NCBI RefSeq assembly: GCF_000143415.4
Contig: NW_003314264.1
Coordinates: 1,051,650 to 1,115,649, forward strand
DNA: 64,000 nt
Origin: Selaginella moellendorffii
Taxonomy: Eukaryota > Plantae > Lycopodiophyta
Direction: 5' to 3'
The notes under the pieces were generated by a model. The model was not told where the DNA came from and made no database searches. It saw nothing but the letters and a program-made list of their open reading frames with translations. The position numbers and the translations under genes were made by a program. Positions 1 to 13,183 of this stretch are shown here, in pieces. Within the stretch, counting starts at the first letter, position 1; each line of letters opens with the position of its first letter.

Positions 1-2600
1 TACCTACTTGGATATCTGGCGTGGCTCACAAAAGCTCGCTCTAAGCAAATGGCTAGAGCACCCAAAGGCAGAAGGTGGGGAGAGTATCTATGAGGCTTGC
101 GTAAGGCCACGGTGTTCCGAAATGTTGTCCCAAAGGCCCAGACTATAGAAAGGAAGAGGAGTAATCCTCTGGTGTAGTGACCAAAGATACAATCGGGTGG
201 TGAGGAAGTCCCAAAGGACCGTGGGACTTAGTGGTCGGGCCTGTGGGCCTCGATCCAGTGGCAATGTTGGCAAACACGGCCATGGGTAGAAAGGGACTTG
301 GTGGATATTGGAAAAGGGATATTAGGGAAGGCTATTCCCCATGCCTATGGGCAGCCTAAGGATGCTAAGGAGTGGATTTGGGATGATCACTCATGGAGGG
401 ATGGCCCAATCTTTGAGAGATGGGACCGTAATGCAGGTGGTGTTAAACCACTGATGTGACCAAAGTGAAGGGGCATGGCTTTAGCGTAATAAGCTGATAT
501 GTCAGTGGTACTTTGGGGTGTCGGTCATGGGATTGGACACGTGGAGCACTTAGACCAAGTGCAATGGTTGAGTGGCATGGATGCCATTCTTGGGGCTACC
601 AAGTCCCTAAGTCCAAAATAGGACTTACGAAGGTTGTGAGTGAGACTCCTCCAAGTGGTCGGAGGTGTGGTTAAGTGACTAAAGTAGAATGGAAAATTTT
701 GTCTCTCACAACTTGGTATCTTAGCTGTTCTTTAGTCTGACTTTTATTGGTGCTCAAGTATATCACCACTAGTGTTAGCATTAGAAGGTCCTAGGAGTGG
801 ACCTATCCTTGAGGAGTACCAGGTCGGGAAGACATGGCTCTCCACTACAATTCAGGTATGAACTTGTAGATGAGGTGGTGGATAAAAAAGGGCCAATAAT
901 GGAACGACTTCGGGATTTTGGGAATAGTGCAAGGTTTTCCTCATTGAGTTGAGGATGTGATCTAGATGAGCGTTTGACTCAGCAAACTAGCTAATGTAGT
1001 TGTGGTAAACAACTATAGTTGGGATCACGGGGAAGATAGAGAATCCAAAACGATAAAGGAGTCACAAGATTACCCTCATGAAGTTGAGGCTGGTGCTCAT
1101 GAATTTGAGACCAGAATTAATGACCGTGGGAAGTCAAATGCGGATGAGGACATAAGTCCTTGGAAGGGTAGTCAGACTACCTTGAATAAATGCTGGAATA
1201 ACCCCAAGAGTTGGGGGTGTGCTTAGAGGATGAATTGATATTTTCACCATATGGATGGATAGTCCTAACAGGAGAAGGTAGCCCACAATTATCGAAAAAT
1301 AGTCAAGTGTTGGAATAACACTTATAATAGTGGTCCTGGTGAGTAGGACATGAATACAAGAAGTTGTATTCTAATGAGCTGGCACCTCAACAGTAAGACT
1401 TTATAGGTCAGGGGATTAGGAAAAGTCCAAAAAGCTGAATGACTTAAGTGGAGTCAAGGAATGGCCCTAAAGGATTGATGAAAGCATTTAGATTGAGGTG
1501 TGTTGTGCCCTACGAAGGATGGGGAGGATTATAAAATCCAAGTATGAGAATAATGGGTATTTCATTGATGGCAAAATAGGCCATATTAAAGTCGTGGGAA
1601 AGATGTTCCCAGAAGAAAAACAACTTTGATACAAAGTTGAGAAGTGTCATAAAGGTAAGCTCGTAAAGCCGATGGTGTGGAGACACCAAATATGCTAAGG
1701 TGTGATACCTTGAAGTTATGTTGATGGGTTCATGAGAACCCTTTGCCAAAGGAATCTTAATGGAAATGGAAATGGCATAGTTTAAGCTGGAAGGCATGTG
1801 GTAGAGTGTGGTGACCCAGATAATGATGGAGGTGTGGAAGCACTAGCAATGAGTTGTAGGACTTGACAACTATGAGGCAACTAAGCAAGAGGTGCAAGGT
1901 AATATGTTAAACGAGTAGAAGGTAGTTACCCAAGACTTTCTTAATGGCATAAAGAAGTTGGATATACCCTTATGGGGGATAAATTGCTTATGTTGTGATA
2001 TAATACGTCAATGTCGTAAAAGGAATGCTCATTGTCAAAAAGGCTATCATTGGGACACCCAAGCACTCTAGAACACCAAGAGGTGGTGTTTGTGTCATGA
2101 GGGCAATGAATAAGGCCCAAGGGACAAATTCCCTAGCGAATGATGGATAGAAGGTGTTATCTAAATGTCTAAGGTTGCAGAGACGAGAGAAATCTCTCTA
2201 CCCAAATTGGACAAAACTAAAAAAGGATTTAGCAAGGTTAATGATGGGCATATAAAGGCTCATGAGTAACAACGTTAATCCCGGTGTGTGGGATTACAAG
2301 GTGAGCATACCCAGATTAAGGAACCACTCCCTACGCTATTGGGTAGGTTCATCCCTATGAATACTTGCTAAGGCATGGTAGAAAGTGCAAATCTATCCTC
2401 CTAGTCTGGAGAAGAATAACTGAAGGAAACATATGAGGCCATAAAGCAAAGTAATAAAGGGATGAAACTGAACAATAGAAATTGAAGGGCATAACCAAGG
2501 TTGGTTATGTGAGTTGGGAGTGGAGAATCAAGTGGGTGCTCGAGCGGGTTATTATTAACGACCGCGATGCCATGGAGAGTCTAAAATGTGGAATTATCCA
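1..2600 (+). mobile_element. highly degenerate retroelement-like sequence
   Basis: G/A-rich, no long ORFs, only faint pol-like remnants; contiguous with an LTR-element internal region. Confidence 0.3.
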
Positions 2601-2635
2601 TATTAGGCCATATAGTGATTAGAGAGCTTGCAAAA

Positions 2636-3610
2636 AAGACTTTTCTAATGGTTGATTTGTTGATCATTTTGTTCGAAAACCATTCCATTTTTGTAAACTA
2701 GTACAAATTAGTGAAGAGGTTAGAGTTAACTTCGGTTAGCTTAAACTTTAGTAAGCAGTTTATATGATGCGGTCTGAAAGGGATGTTAACTTTTGGTGGC
2801 CCTACGCCTTGGCTGATAATAGTGATGTCCAACTTAATTGTTTGCAGTTGAAATGTTGGTACCTATAATATAGCTTTGTTTATGAGGATGTTGTGTACTA
2901 ATATGAGTCTATCTTGTGGTCTTCACTTTAGTTTGACTAAGTGTTAGTCATGTATAGCTAGTCTCTTCAAGGCATGCTCAGAGTTATTTACTACATGTGT
3001 TGGTGAGCTTATTGTGGTTGAGTTGGATTCGAGTGGTCATTTAGTTTGTGCTTGTCTATGAACCTATATCTCATACTTGGGGTATTACGTTTATGTTGGA
3101 CAAGTATATGACTTGATGGCATGAGTTTAGTGTTTGGGTCTTGTGAAGACAAGTTGAAAAGTAATTAGTGATTGCTTGTAGACTTTGTATAAAACTGTGA
3201 CATTTGTTTTACTCGATGATGATTTAGTAGTGTTGGGCTTGCTTTACCAAATGGTGGTGTGGAGGATCATGTTGTTAGACTTACATGGGTTTTCCATGTT
3301 GGCATGTCGACTCTACCTTTGTTGATATCATTTGGTTGCATTTAGTTTGTAGTGTAAGATTTCATTGAGTCTTGGATATGGTGATTCACTCTTTGAGGAA
3401 GTGTTATCTGTAATTGAGTTTTGTTAAAGGATTGGTCTTGGATACTAAGTAAAGTATCTTCGACTTTGGTTAGCTTAGTTGCTAGAAAGTTTTGGGTGGT
3501 GATTCACTCTTGCTTTCTTCTAGCTTTGTTCTAGTGTTGATGGTATTAAAGTCATGCTTTATCGTTGACATTGTTAGTGTTGAGATTTAAGTGGGATGAG
3601 ATGTCTTTCC
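2636..3610 (+). mobile_element. fragment of the internal region of the non-coding LTR family B
   Basis: Reverse complement aligns by eye with ~52860-54037 and ~41880-42190 (e.g. gtcgactctaccttt...gatatcatttggttgc). Confidence 0.8.
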
Positions 3611-3636
3611 AAAAGCTCTATTTCATTAAAGTGGGA
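3611..3636 (+). repeat. left TIR of copy 1
   Basis: aaaagctctatttcattaaagtggga; reverse complement of 20905-20930. Confidence 0.9.
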
Positions 3637-4300
3637 TTTATTCAGTAAAATGGGACTAGGTACAAATTTTCAAGTATTTGAAAATGACGTGAAATTATAT
3701 GTTTTTTGTCCAGGGGCTAGACATATCTGGGGATGGTGACTAGCGCGGTGACTTTGTGTCCAGACTGAGTCCATCTGGTTGTATAATAAATCTCATTGTC
3801 AAGGTGAACAAGCCGAATCTGAAGCTAAAGAAGAGCGATGGCATGCGCGCACACACTATTTGTTTGTTCATTGAGCGTGTGGCGAGCTTTCCAAGATGAA
3901 CGTCATTCCTATTAGCCAGACATATAACTTAATGGTGAGAACATTTAAATATTATTCAATGTTATCTTTTTCTAACGAATCTAATTGTGAAGGTGTAGCA
4001 AGAGGCATTGCTAGTTTGGAGAAGTCATTTAACTCATTTGACCCTTAGTGTATTTTCATGAAACTAAATAACATTCATATTATTAAGGAATTTCTCTAGT
4101 ACCTTTTTTTTACGATATAGAGGCTTGCATTTCTTTCAAAGGTGATTTAGTAAAAGGCCTGAGGGCACATGCCATTCTATTTCTCAGACCGGTATTAAGA
4201 TATACTAGTGCAAAGGGCCACATGCCATCACGCCTCCTCTGATTTAGATTCGGATTGTTCACCTTGAAATAAAATACATTAGAAACTTAGTAAAGGAATA

Positions 4301-7300
4301 TTAATGAATCTCACCTTGAACCCGGGTTATGAATGCTCTTGCTGCATCTCTTGCATGGTCTGGCAAGGTGATGGTGGCACTCTGCTTCCGCATCCAACCA
4401 TGCACAACATTATCCACCGATATGCTCATGCTGGGATCCCTTGGATTCAGCACCCATCTCTTTTCTAGGCAATCCTTTGTATATCCGGAACTTGGCTTGA
4501 ACCACTCCACAGTTACATTGAAGGAGTTAGTTTCCGCATCCTCCTCTGCATCAGTGATGCAGCGCCTTACCCATATCATTTGTTTTTTATTACTGGGTCT
4601 GACAAGCACGACCATTCCTTTGCAGACCTGTACTGGATTGAATGCTGAATCCAGCTTCTTGTTCCTCGGCCCACAATAGTGATCCTCAACATCGTTATCT
4701 GTCACTGCATTTCCAGAGGACATTGTTCCGCTACTATCTGGTGCTCTGGGTTCTGGCCAAAAGGACTCTTCCAATTCTTCATATACAACCGGCCCATTTT
4801 GGATAGCAGATATAATCTTCTCCCAGTATTCGAGAAAAGGCTTGCACCTCTGAAAATAGGATTCTCCACCAAACACCAACCCCCTCTTCCAGAAGGCAAT
4901 ATGCTGTCTAATCCCGGCCACTATACTTTCCTGGTGTTTGAGTCCATCCGGGTGCATCGGCCGTGGGGAACCCTGAGGAATCATAGGTTCCCCAGTTATG
5001 GGATCTCTCTTGAAGAGTTCAATGCCATCCACTGGCAGCCACACTGTGTCCCATTCTCTCATCTTGTACCTCATCACTGGAGCACCGTCACGCATGCTGA
5101 AATGAAACTGAAGAGGCTTGGAGTGGCCAATCAGCATTTTGGATCCGTCCCTGATGTAGCCTCTTACAAACCCCTTAAAGTCTGGAACCTCTGTCACAAG
5201 TGCAGCTTCAACAGTGTCTTTGATGCAATTTTGGAATTCATCGTAGAGTTGTGGGAGGGTGAGGACATTGGATCGCCGGAGGGACTCTGCCAGGTGACTG
5301 AACATGGCATCGACGTCTTCATGAGTGTGCCCAACCATGAGAAAGCCAAGTCTAACCATTTCAAATATGCCTTTGGCAACAAGCATCGCCAAGTACGCGA
5401 AGACGTACATGTTTTTGTTCTCACTGCCAGCATTGTCTGTTTGGAGCAGAAGATGGGGTGGAAGGCCACATCGGCCACAAGAACTTCCTTAAGATTCTGC
5501 TTCGTTTGGATGAGGCTGTGCATTCACCGGGCGACCAGCCTCGTCGGAATGGCATGAGGCCTCACGTGATAACCCTACAATCTGATGGCCAACATATTCA
5601 CTGGGATGGCATGGGGCCCCACGCGATATTACAAGCCTTTGCTCCTCCTCCAGCTGAACCCTGTATGGGGTTCGATCGACAAGGGCCTTATGCAAGGGTT
5701 GGCCGTTCAGCTCAGTCTGCGCACTTTGCAAAGACCTTAAGTGTTTTGCTAGGGACACAATCATCATGTTTGCACCCCCGCCACCCCATAGAGGTACAAA
5801 GAAGTTCCCATAATTCTGGGCACCATGCCCATGAGCGATTATGCTAAACAGAGACACAGGCAGCTGCATGGATGAAGAGATTGCCTTGGGGGCAGGATTG
5901 AGTCGAGGTAAGCACGTCTTTTTCTGGTCCATTTTGTCGTGGATGATGCAGAGGTAAGAGTCAGGTCTCTCCATGGAGAGAATCCTGTTATGATAATATG
6001 CAGTCCTGCAGCTTCTCTGCTCGATGTTGTGGTCGAGCCGCCTTCTAACCAACGTCTCTCGCTCTTGAGCGCTGCAAGAATTCTTCGACAAAGCCATTTT
6101 GATAGCAGTGCACTCGTCACACTTTGAAAAGCTGGAGTACTTTCCTATACTCACATCCCTGAACCTGTTGCTCCACAATCTACTAAATCTAGATTGGCTC
6201 AGCTTCCTGTAGCCATTACTCTGGAGTTCCCGATTCATATCTTCCAATATGGCCCCCTTGGTATACATGGAAGGGAGAACTCGTTGGGTGTCTCGTGTTC
6301 CATCTTCCAAGAGGCGGGTTTTATGTGGTTGCTGCTCGCTACATGTCTCGACAAACCTCTTGAAGATTGCCTCTCCATATACAACATGACCCTTGGTTTT
6401 GTGCGTACCGTCGTTCCCATGGACTGCCTGTTGAACCCTTTGTTCCTCGAACTCAGTTTTGATTCTGTAGAATGTGGTTCGAGGGACTCCATAAATGATT
6501 CTCCATGCCTTCATGCAGACCAAACCCCTCTGGAAGACCATGCCCCCCACCTGATGTTCTGAAGCATCAACAGATGACCGTAATGCCTCATACACAAAAT
6601 TGCGAGCTGCCTTCCAAGACAATGTCTTGTATCTTGCTCTCTCCTCTTCAATAGCATCCCAATCAGCATGTTGACAGCACCTCCTCTTGCAACAAGCAAC
6701 TGTCGAGACCATTCGAACCTCCATCGCCATTTTCTGCCTTTTCGGTTCGTTGCTCAGATCCCTTTGGCTGCGCTGTAGGAAGGTGTACTTTCTTTTCCCA
6801 TGAAGAGATGTTCTGTCATCAGTTGTAGTGGTGTTTGATTGTGAATCCTTCACATTCTCAAACACTAAATGCCTCAATTTCAACCGCACAATGCTTCCAA
6901 TAGTCAGACTGTTTTCTTCTGTGTCAACAACCTCTAAAATCGCAACTCCAATATCATCCCAGCCCAATTCTTGATTAGCAACCGCATCTCTTGGATCGAC
7001 AACTGTGGCTAAGCCCTCAGCTACCACCTCCCCCTCGGGGTTGTTTAGAAACACCTTTGCCTGAATCCATGTAGCACGGTTCTTAAGATCCACGGAGGGA
7101 ACATGCGTCGCACTTGCGCTGTCCCCAACATCTGCTTTCTTCTGCAAATTTTTGAAGGCAACAACAACATTTACCCCGACGACCATCTCTCCTCGTTCAA
7201 TAGCGACCACATTCCCATCGAAGACAGTCTTTACTGATACAGCAGCATTGCCTTCCCCAAGCCTTTGACAGTGTATAACAAAGTTCCGATCCATAGACAC

Positions 7301-7369
7301 AAGGGTCTCTTTTGCAACTCTCTTCCCACCATTCAAAATGTAAACCTTTTCCCCAACCCTGAAGGCCAT
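4301..7369 (-). pseudogene. DDD/E transposase (Sola-like GHTHEDxD family), one in-frame stop at 5489-5491
   Basis: ORFs 5489..7369 and 4301..5410 are in frame across a single TAA. Motifs: FSKCDEC, IIHDKMDQKKTCLP, LLLQTDNAGSENKN, FLMVGHTHEDVDAMFS. Two N-terminal Tnp1/En-Spm-like beta repeats; C-terminal BAH/SH3-like segment. Confidence 0.8.
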
Positions 7370-7548
7370 TCTGAAAGTGCAGAAAAGAAGTTAAGACCAT
7401 ACAAAAAATGATTGGAGAATGGCCTAAATCATAACATACCAAATAGCATGAGGCCACATGCCATTATTCAAATATGCTATTGACACCCACGTGAAATTTC
7501 GCATTCACAAAATTGGCATGAGCCCTCATGCCATTAGTGGTACCACTA

Positions 7549-7718
7549 ATGGCATGAGGCCTCACGCTATCTTTGGCCCCTGCTAGCCTGTTGCTATATT
7601 CCTTTTGCCTTGCTGCAACTGTATATATTTTTGTGTGCGTGACTAGTCACCCATACAAAAATATATACAGTTGCAGCAAGGCAAAAGGAATATGGCAATA
7701 CGCTAGCAGGGGCCAAAG
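7549..7718. repeat. long inverted repeat (hairpin), split by the Gypsy A insertion
   Basis: Arms symmetric about gtgactagtcac (~7640-7651); completes at 14338-14359; intact at 63157-63347. Confidence 0.9.
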
Positions 7719-8310
7719 TGTAAGGAACCGACTCCCCGAGATGTCGTAGGCTAAAGGATCCCCAAAAGCTTGACCGAAGTGACAAAGAGTTCATCGGATG
7801 GGACCAAGTCGAGGATCGAGTCCAAGACCGACTCTAGGACCGAGTTCGAGATAGAGTCCGGAATCGAGTCCGAGACCGACTCGGGGACCGAGTTCGAGTC
7901 CGAGTTCGAGACCGAGTTCGAGACGGAGTCCGAGATCCGAAATCGGGTCCGAGACCGAGTCCGAGGTCGAGTCCGAGGTCGGGTTCGAGATCGGGTCCGA
8001 GATCGAGTCCGAAATCGAGTCCGAGACCGAATCCGAAGTCGGATCCGAAATCGGGTCCGAGATCGAGCCAGAGACTAAGTCCAAATACTAATACGGGTCA
8101 AGGGGTGAAAGCCCAAAGCGTGCGTCTCCCAGGGGGGGGGGGGCTGCGGGGGGTTCCAAAAGTATAGTAGGGATAGTGAGGTCCAGGAACCAGTTTTGAA
8201 GGGACTCTCCAATTGGGCTTCCAAACCGACTTGAGGTTGAGACTGGGACCGAGGGGCCTTGGGTGGGAGTGAGCATGGACTTGGCTGGTGCCGGAGGGGC
8301 CATCCAAGGA
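7719..8310 (+). repeat. truncated 5' LTR of Gypsy A
   Basis: Matches the 3' LTR up to catccaagga, then jumps directly into gag. Confidence 0.9.
7810..8075. repeat. hexamer tandem array (GAGTCC/GAGACC-like) in the LTR
   Basis: Degenerate 6-bp repeats; also at ~13275-13540; source of the RVRD ORFs. Confidence 0.9.
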
Positions 8311-11300
8311 CCCTTCGGCAGGGACTGAGGCAAAACCAGACAAGGTCGAACAGACCGAAGTGGAATCAGTCCCTCAGGCAGTTCCCAAGTACAAACCAAA
8401 ACCCCCACCGGTCTTCAAGGGAGTGAACGACTATAAGGTGGTGGAGGATTGGTTTTACGATATGGAGGACTACTTTCGAGCGTTGCGATTACCAAGCTCG
8501 GAAAAGGTCCCATGTGCAAAACCATACTTGGCAAATAATGCCAAGTCTTGGTGGAGAACGACAGAGGCCAACGAAGGACCGGTGGCCACTTGGGAAATGA
8601 TGAAGGCGAGGATCCGCACAACTTACGTTCCTCCGAATGCTACTCTGCATCTAAGGGACGAGCTGAGTAGGCTGAAGCAGACCGGAACCATTCAGGAGTA
8701 TGTGAATGGGTTTATGGCAAAGAGGATACTTGTCACGGACATGGGGGATATGGATGCGTTCCATGCCTTCATATCAGGTTTGCAAACCTGGGCTCGCGGC
8801 GAAGTAATGCGGTGGAACCCGACCAACTACAAAGAAGCGTTGGATGCGGCCATCAAGCTGCATTTCAACGATAACCTGCGAAAGGGGAACACGACGGGGT
8901 CGGGATCCACATTTAGCAAAGGGGCCAAACCAAGGGGAACGTTTAGCAGAGGGAAATTCAAGAAGAGTTTCTCTAAGAATGAGTCCTCAGGGTTCCGGAA
9001 AGGCAGATCCGGTGGCCAGCGAGCGAGTACGTGGGGGAGTCAGGCGAAAAGAGACAAACCCACGGATAAGAAGGTCAAGTCATATAGCAGTGTGGGAAAC
9101 AACGTATGCTACAACTGCGGTGAAGCGGGACACTTCTCGAGGGAATGTCCCTACCCGAAGAAGGCCAGAGCCAATATGGCCATCAAGTCGGGTGAAGTCC
9201 AAACAGAGGTATGTGATCCAGTCCCTAACTCCAAGTTACTCATTACACGAGCAACTTTGGTAGAGAGTCGTTCACGACATCTACTAGCCCTCCGAGGGAA
9301 GCTCGGAGGTAGCTTTGTTAAAATCCTTATTGACACGGGTGCTTCGGATAATTTTGTGGCTGCAGACATAGTCTGGCAAGCCGGACTAACGGTGCAGCGG
9401 CTAGGCGAACCAAGGACTATAGAGTTTGTTCAAGGTAGCCAAAGCACCGATGAGGTACTTCGACAAGCGAGAGTCGAAGTGGGGACTTGGAAGGTGGACA
9501 TGGACTTCACCGTGTTGGATATGGCGGGATTTGACGTGATCTTCGGAATGGACTGGTTCAATCGATTCGTGGTAGCCCTGCATGGACAAGGTAGAAACCT
9601 TGTGGTACTGGCGAATGCCCAAGGAAGAAGATCTAGGGTGGAGGCCCAAGATCTAAAGGTAGGGCAAAGCAAGGCCAAAGATTCCTGCTTAAACCTGGTG
9701 TCCACGAGAGGACAACTCACTAAAGGAACTAAGGCGGCCTTTTTGTGCTTACTCTCGGTGAAGAGTGACAAAAAGACAGGAATGGAAGAAGTACCTTTAG
9801 TGATCCAACGGGTGTTGGACCAATTCCAGGATACCATGCCGGAGGAGCTACCGGTGGGGCTACCCCCAGCACGACCGATAGAACATAAGATTGAGCTGGT
9901 CGAGGGTGCTGAGGCAGTGGTTCGTCCCCCTTATTGTTTGAACGAAAAAGAACTCAAGGAGCTCAAGTGCCAACTAGAGGAGTTGGTGGACAAAGGGTAT
10001 GTTAGGTTGAGCAAGTCGCCATATGGGGCGCCGGTGTTATTTGTGAAAAAGAAAGATGGATCTATGTGCATGTGCATAGACTACCACTTGCTCAACAAGT
10101 ATACAAAGAAGAACAAGTACCCTTTGCCAAGGATTAAGGACCTGTTCGATAGGTTGGGAAAGGCAAAATACTTCTCGAGGATTGACCTAAGGTCAGGATA
10201 CTACCAGATCAGGGTAGCCGAGGAAGATGTCGAGAAGACAATCTGTCGAACGAGGTATGGGAGCTTTGAGTTTCTGGTGATGCCCTTCGGGCTATGTAAT
10301 GCGCCGGCAACGTTTTCGGCGCTAATGAACCACGTCTTTGTACCCTATCTGGATCACTTCGTGGTCGTCTATATTGACGACATCCTGATCTATAGCGAGA
10401 CGCTAGAGGAGCATGCCAAACACTTGGCGAAGGTGTTTGAGAAACTAAGAGAACACAAGCTGTATGCTAAAGAGAGCAAATGTGACTTTGCTCAACAAGA
10501 GGTAAAGTTTCTCGGGCATGTGGTAGGCCAGGACGGGCTCAAGGTGGACCCGGAGAAGGTCCAAGCGATCCAGGAATGGGAGCGACCATCCAATGTACAC
10601 GAGTTGAGGGCATTTCTGGGGCTATGCAACTACTATCGAAAGTTTATCAGACACTATTCGAGAGTAGCCCTGCCCTTAACGGACCAAACAGGAAAAGGGA
10701 AGATGGTGTGGACAGCGGAATGCGAGGCGGCATTCGTCCACCTCAAAGGGAAGTTGAGGAAGGCTCCCGTATTGGCATTACCAGACTTTGGTAAGGACTT
10801 TGAGGTAGAAACGGATGCTTCGGACTTTGCATTAGGCGCAGTTTTGAAGCAAGACAACCATCCGGTAGCGTTCTTCTCGAAGAAGCTGAACAAGGCTCAA
10901 CGGAAGTGGCCTGCCCACGAGAAGGAATTGTTTGCGGTGGTCAAGGCGCTCAAGGAGTGGTGACACTACCTTGGGAGACACTTCAAGGTTTACACGGACA
11001 ATGTGGCAACGAAACACTTCTTGTCACAGCCCGACCTAAGAGGGAAACAAGGTCAGTGGGCCAATGCCTTGGCCGAGTTTGATTGCGAAATTCTGTACAA
11101 GCCTGGGAAGAGCAACATCGTGGCGGATGCGCTAAGTCGAAAAGCGAGCTTAAGGTTGGCAATATCCAGCGCAACAGCAACCTTCTGGGACGATGTGCGG
11201 ACAGCATATGAGAACGATGGTCTAGCACAAGAAGTGTTGCTGAGGAATCTAGAGGCGCGGGAAGCTCACCAGAGAGGTGAGCTGCCAACGGAAGAGAAAA

Positions 11301-11882
11301 CGGGCTATGCGGAACGCAACGGACTCATTTATTACAAGCAAACGAGGGTGTATGTTCCAGAAGGGGAACTAAGGAAGGTGGCCTTAGAAGAGTGTCATGA
11401 CGGACCTCTTGCGGGACACGGTGGAGTGCCCAAGACGATGGGCTTACTCAAAAGGAAGTACCATTGGCTAGATATGGCTAAGGACGTCCAAGACTATGTA
11501 AAGACATGTCCAACATGTCAGCAGGTAAAAGCCGTGACTAAGGCTAGTGGGGGCTTGTTGCAAAGCATCCCAATTCCAGATCGCCCGTGGAAATGTCTTA
11601 CGATGGACTTCATCACGGGACTCCCCCCAAGTGAGGGGTTTGATGCAATATTCGTGGTGGTGGACCGATTTTCGAAAATGGCACATTTCATACCCACCAC
11701 AACAGAAGTGGATGCGGATGGTGTGGCGAAGCTGTTCTTCGAGCAAGTGGTTCGAGTGCGGGGAAGACCAGAAGAGATCATCTCAGATCGAGATAAGATC
11801 TTCACCAGTAGGTTCTGGAGGACTCTCCTCGAACAGTATCGCACCAAGTTGAAATTCAGCACAGCCTATCACCCACAGACAG

Positions 11883-11928
11883 GTATGGGGTATTAAGTCA
11901 AGTTGTTGGCACTAGCACTTCTTGACAG
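11883..11928 (+). other. 46-nt GT-AG intron in integrase
   Basis: Removal restores HPQT-DG(Q>*)TERVNRQLEDYLRCY. Confidence 0.8.
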
Positions 11929-12346
11929 ACGGATAAACGGAAAGGGTGAATAGGCAGCTGGAGGATTATTTGCGATGCTATGTCTCGGGAGACCAGACTG
12001 ATTGGGTAAGTCATTTGGGACTTGCGGAAATGTGTTATAACAACTCACCACATTCGAGTATCGGGGTGAGTCCATGGGAAGTCATCAATGGGCGAGCTAT
12101 TGAAGGTCCTGTGGAACTCGGCGTGGCCGAGTATCATGGAGAGTTGCCCGCAGTGGAGGCATTCACGGCGGAAAGACTCAGCATTTGGAATCTAGTGAGG
12201 GATTCCTTGGAACGGGCTCAACAAAGGCAAACCAAATACGCGAACCAGAAGCGTCGGGATGTAGAGTTCCAAACTGGGGAGAAGGTGTGGCTGAACACCA
12301 AGAACCTCAGACTACCAAGTGGGATCAGCCGAAAGTTGACCCAAAG

Positions 12347-12398
12347 GTAAAGATGCATGTATTCCTGTAAATGAATTGATCTTGAGTTCCTTAAGCAG
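12347..12398 (+). other. 52-nt GT-AG intron in integrase C-terminus
   Basis: Removal restores RKLTQR-FMGPYEI (GPY motif). Confidence 0.8.
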
Positions 12399-13183
12399 GT
12401 TCATGGGGCCTTACGAGATTGAGGCACGAATCGGTAAAGTGGCTTACCGACTCCGACTTCCTCAAGAGATGGGAAAGATGCACCCAGTGTTCCACGTGAA
12501 CTTACTCAAGCCGTACTTTGAGGATCCGCTTCGCAAGGACCAAGTGAGACCTTTGCCTGAGGTTATCCAAGGGGAAGAGGAATACGAAGTCGAGGCCATC
12601 CTCAATGCGCGCAAGAGCAAGCGACAAGGACGCGAGGTGAGAGAGTTCCATGTGAAGTGGAGAGGATTTCCACACTGCGAAGCAACATGAGAACCGGAGG
12701 AGAACCTAGCGAATGCTCGAGATCTAGTGGAGGAATTTCTGCAAGGCAAAACTCTATGTACTTATGCAAAATTCAATTAAAAATATCAATTTGCAAAGTT
12801 GAGCAAGTGGCATATGTTGGGACCCGAAGGCGTGCCAAAGGTAAGCTAATTAGCATGGGTTGGATAGGTCGACCAGGCGTAGGGCACTACGCCCGACTCC
12901 CCGCGGGGATGTCGAATCCGTAGACGTATTCTACGGAGGTTGGGTTCGAGTCCCAACCCCCTAGTAAAGCAAGGCTGGGTTCAAGTCCCGACCCCATACT
13001 AGGGCGTGGTGAGGTGAGGAGTATAGGGACACCTATATTCCGTTGTCATGGGCTCTTGGCCAGGGAGGCTAACTTAGGCACACCGCTAAGTGGGGGGATG
13101 CCCCCGGAGACATGGTCAACAAGTCGTAGGATAAAACGAGACGTTCGATGTGGGCATCGAACTTCTTCTATGGGTGGTGGAGT

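Larger units (their letters stand above)
8311..12760 (+). pseudogene. gag-pol of Gypsy A with premature stops and two introns
   Basis: [14 protein letters not shown] zinc knuckle; LIDTGA protease; YIDD RT; ETDASD RNase H; HHCC/DDE integrase; GPY; chromodomain EYEVEAIL...VKWRGF; stops at ~10961, ~11934, ~12688. Confidence 0.92.

Noticed and set aside
4679-5557. 292-aa plus-strand ORF and other antisense ORFs over TE genes
   Set aside because: Shadow frames of the transposase or pol with no recognisable motifs
7770-8084. RVRD/SDS-repeat ORFs (also 13235-13549)
   Set aside because: Translation artefacts of the hexamer array in the Gypsy A LTR
12940-12990. tRNA gene
   Set aside because: B-box-like motifs only; no cloverleaf or A box evident
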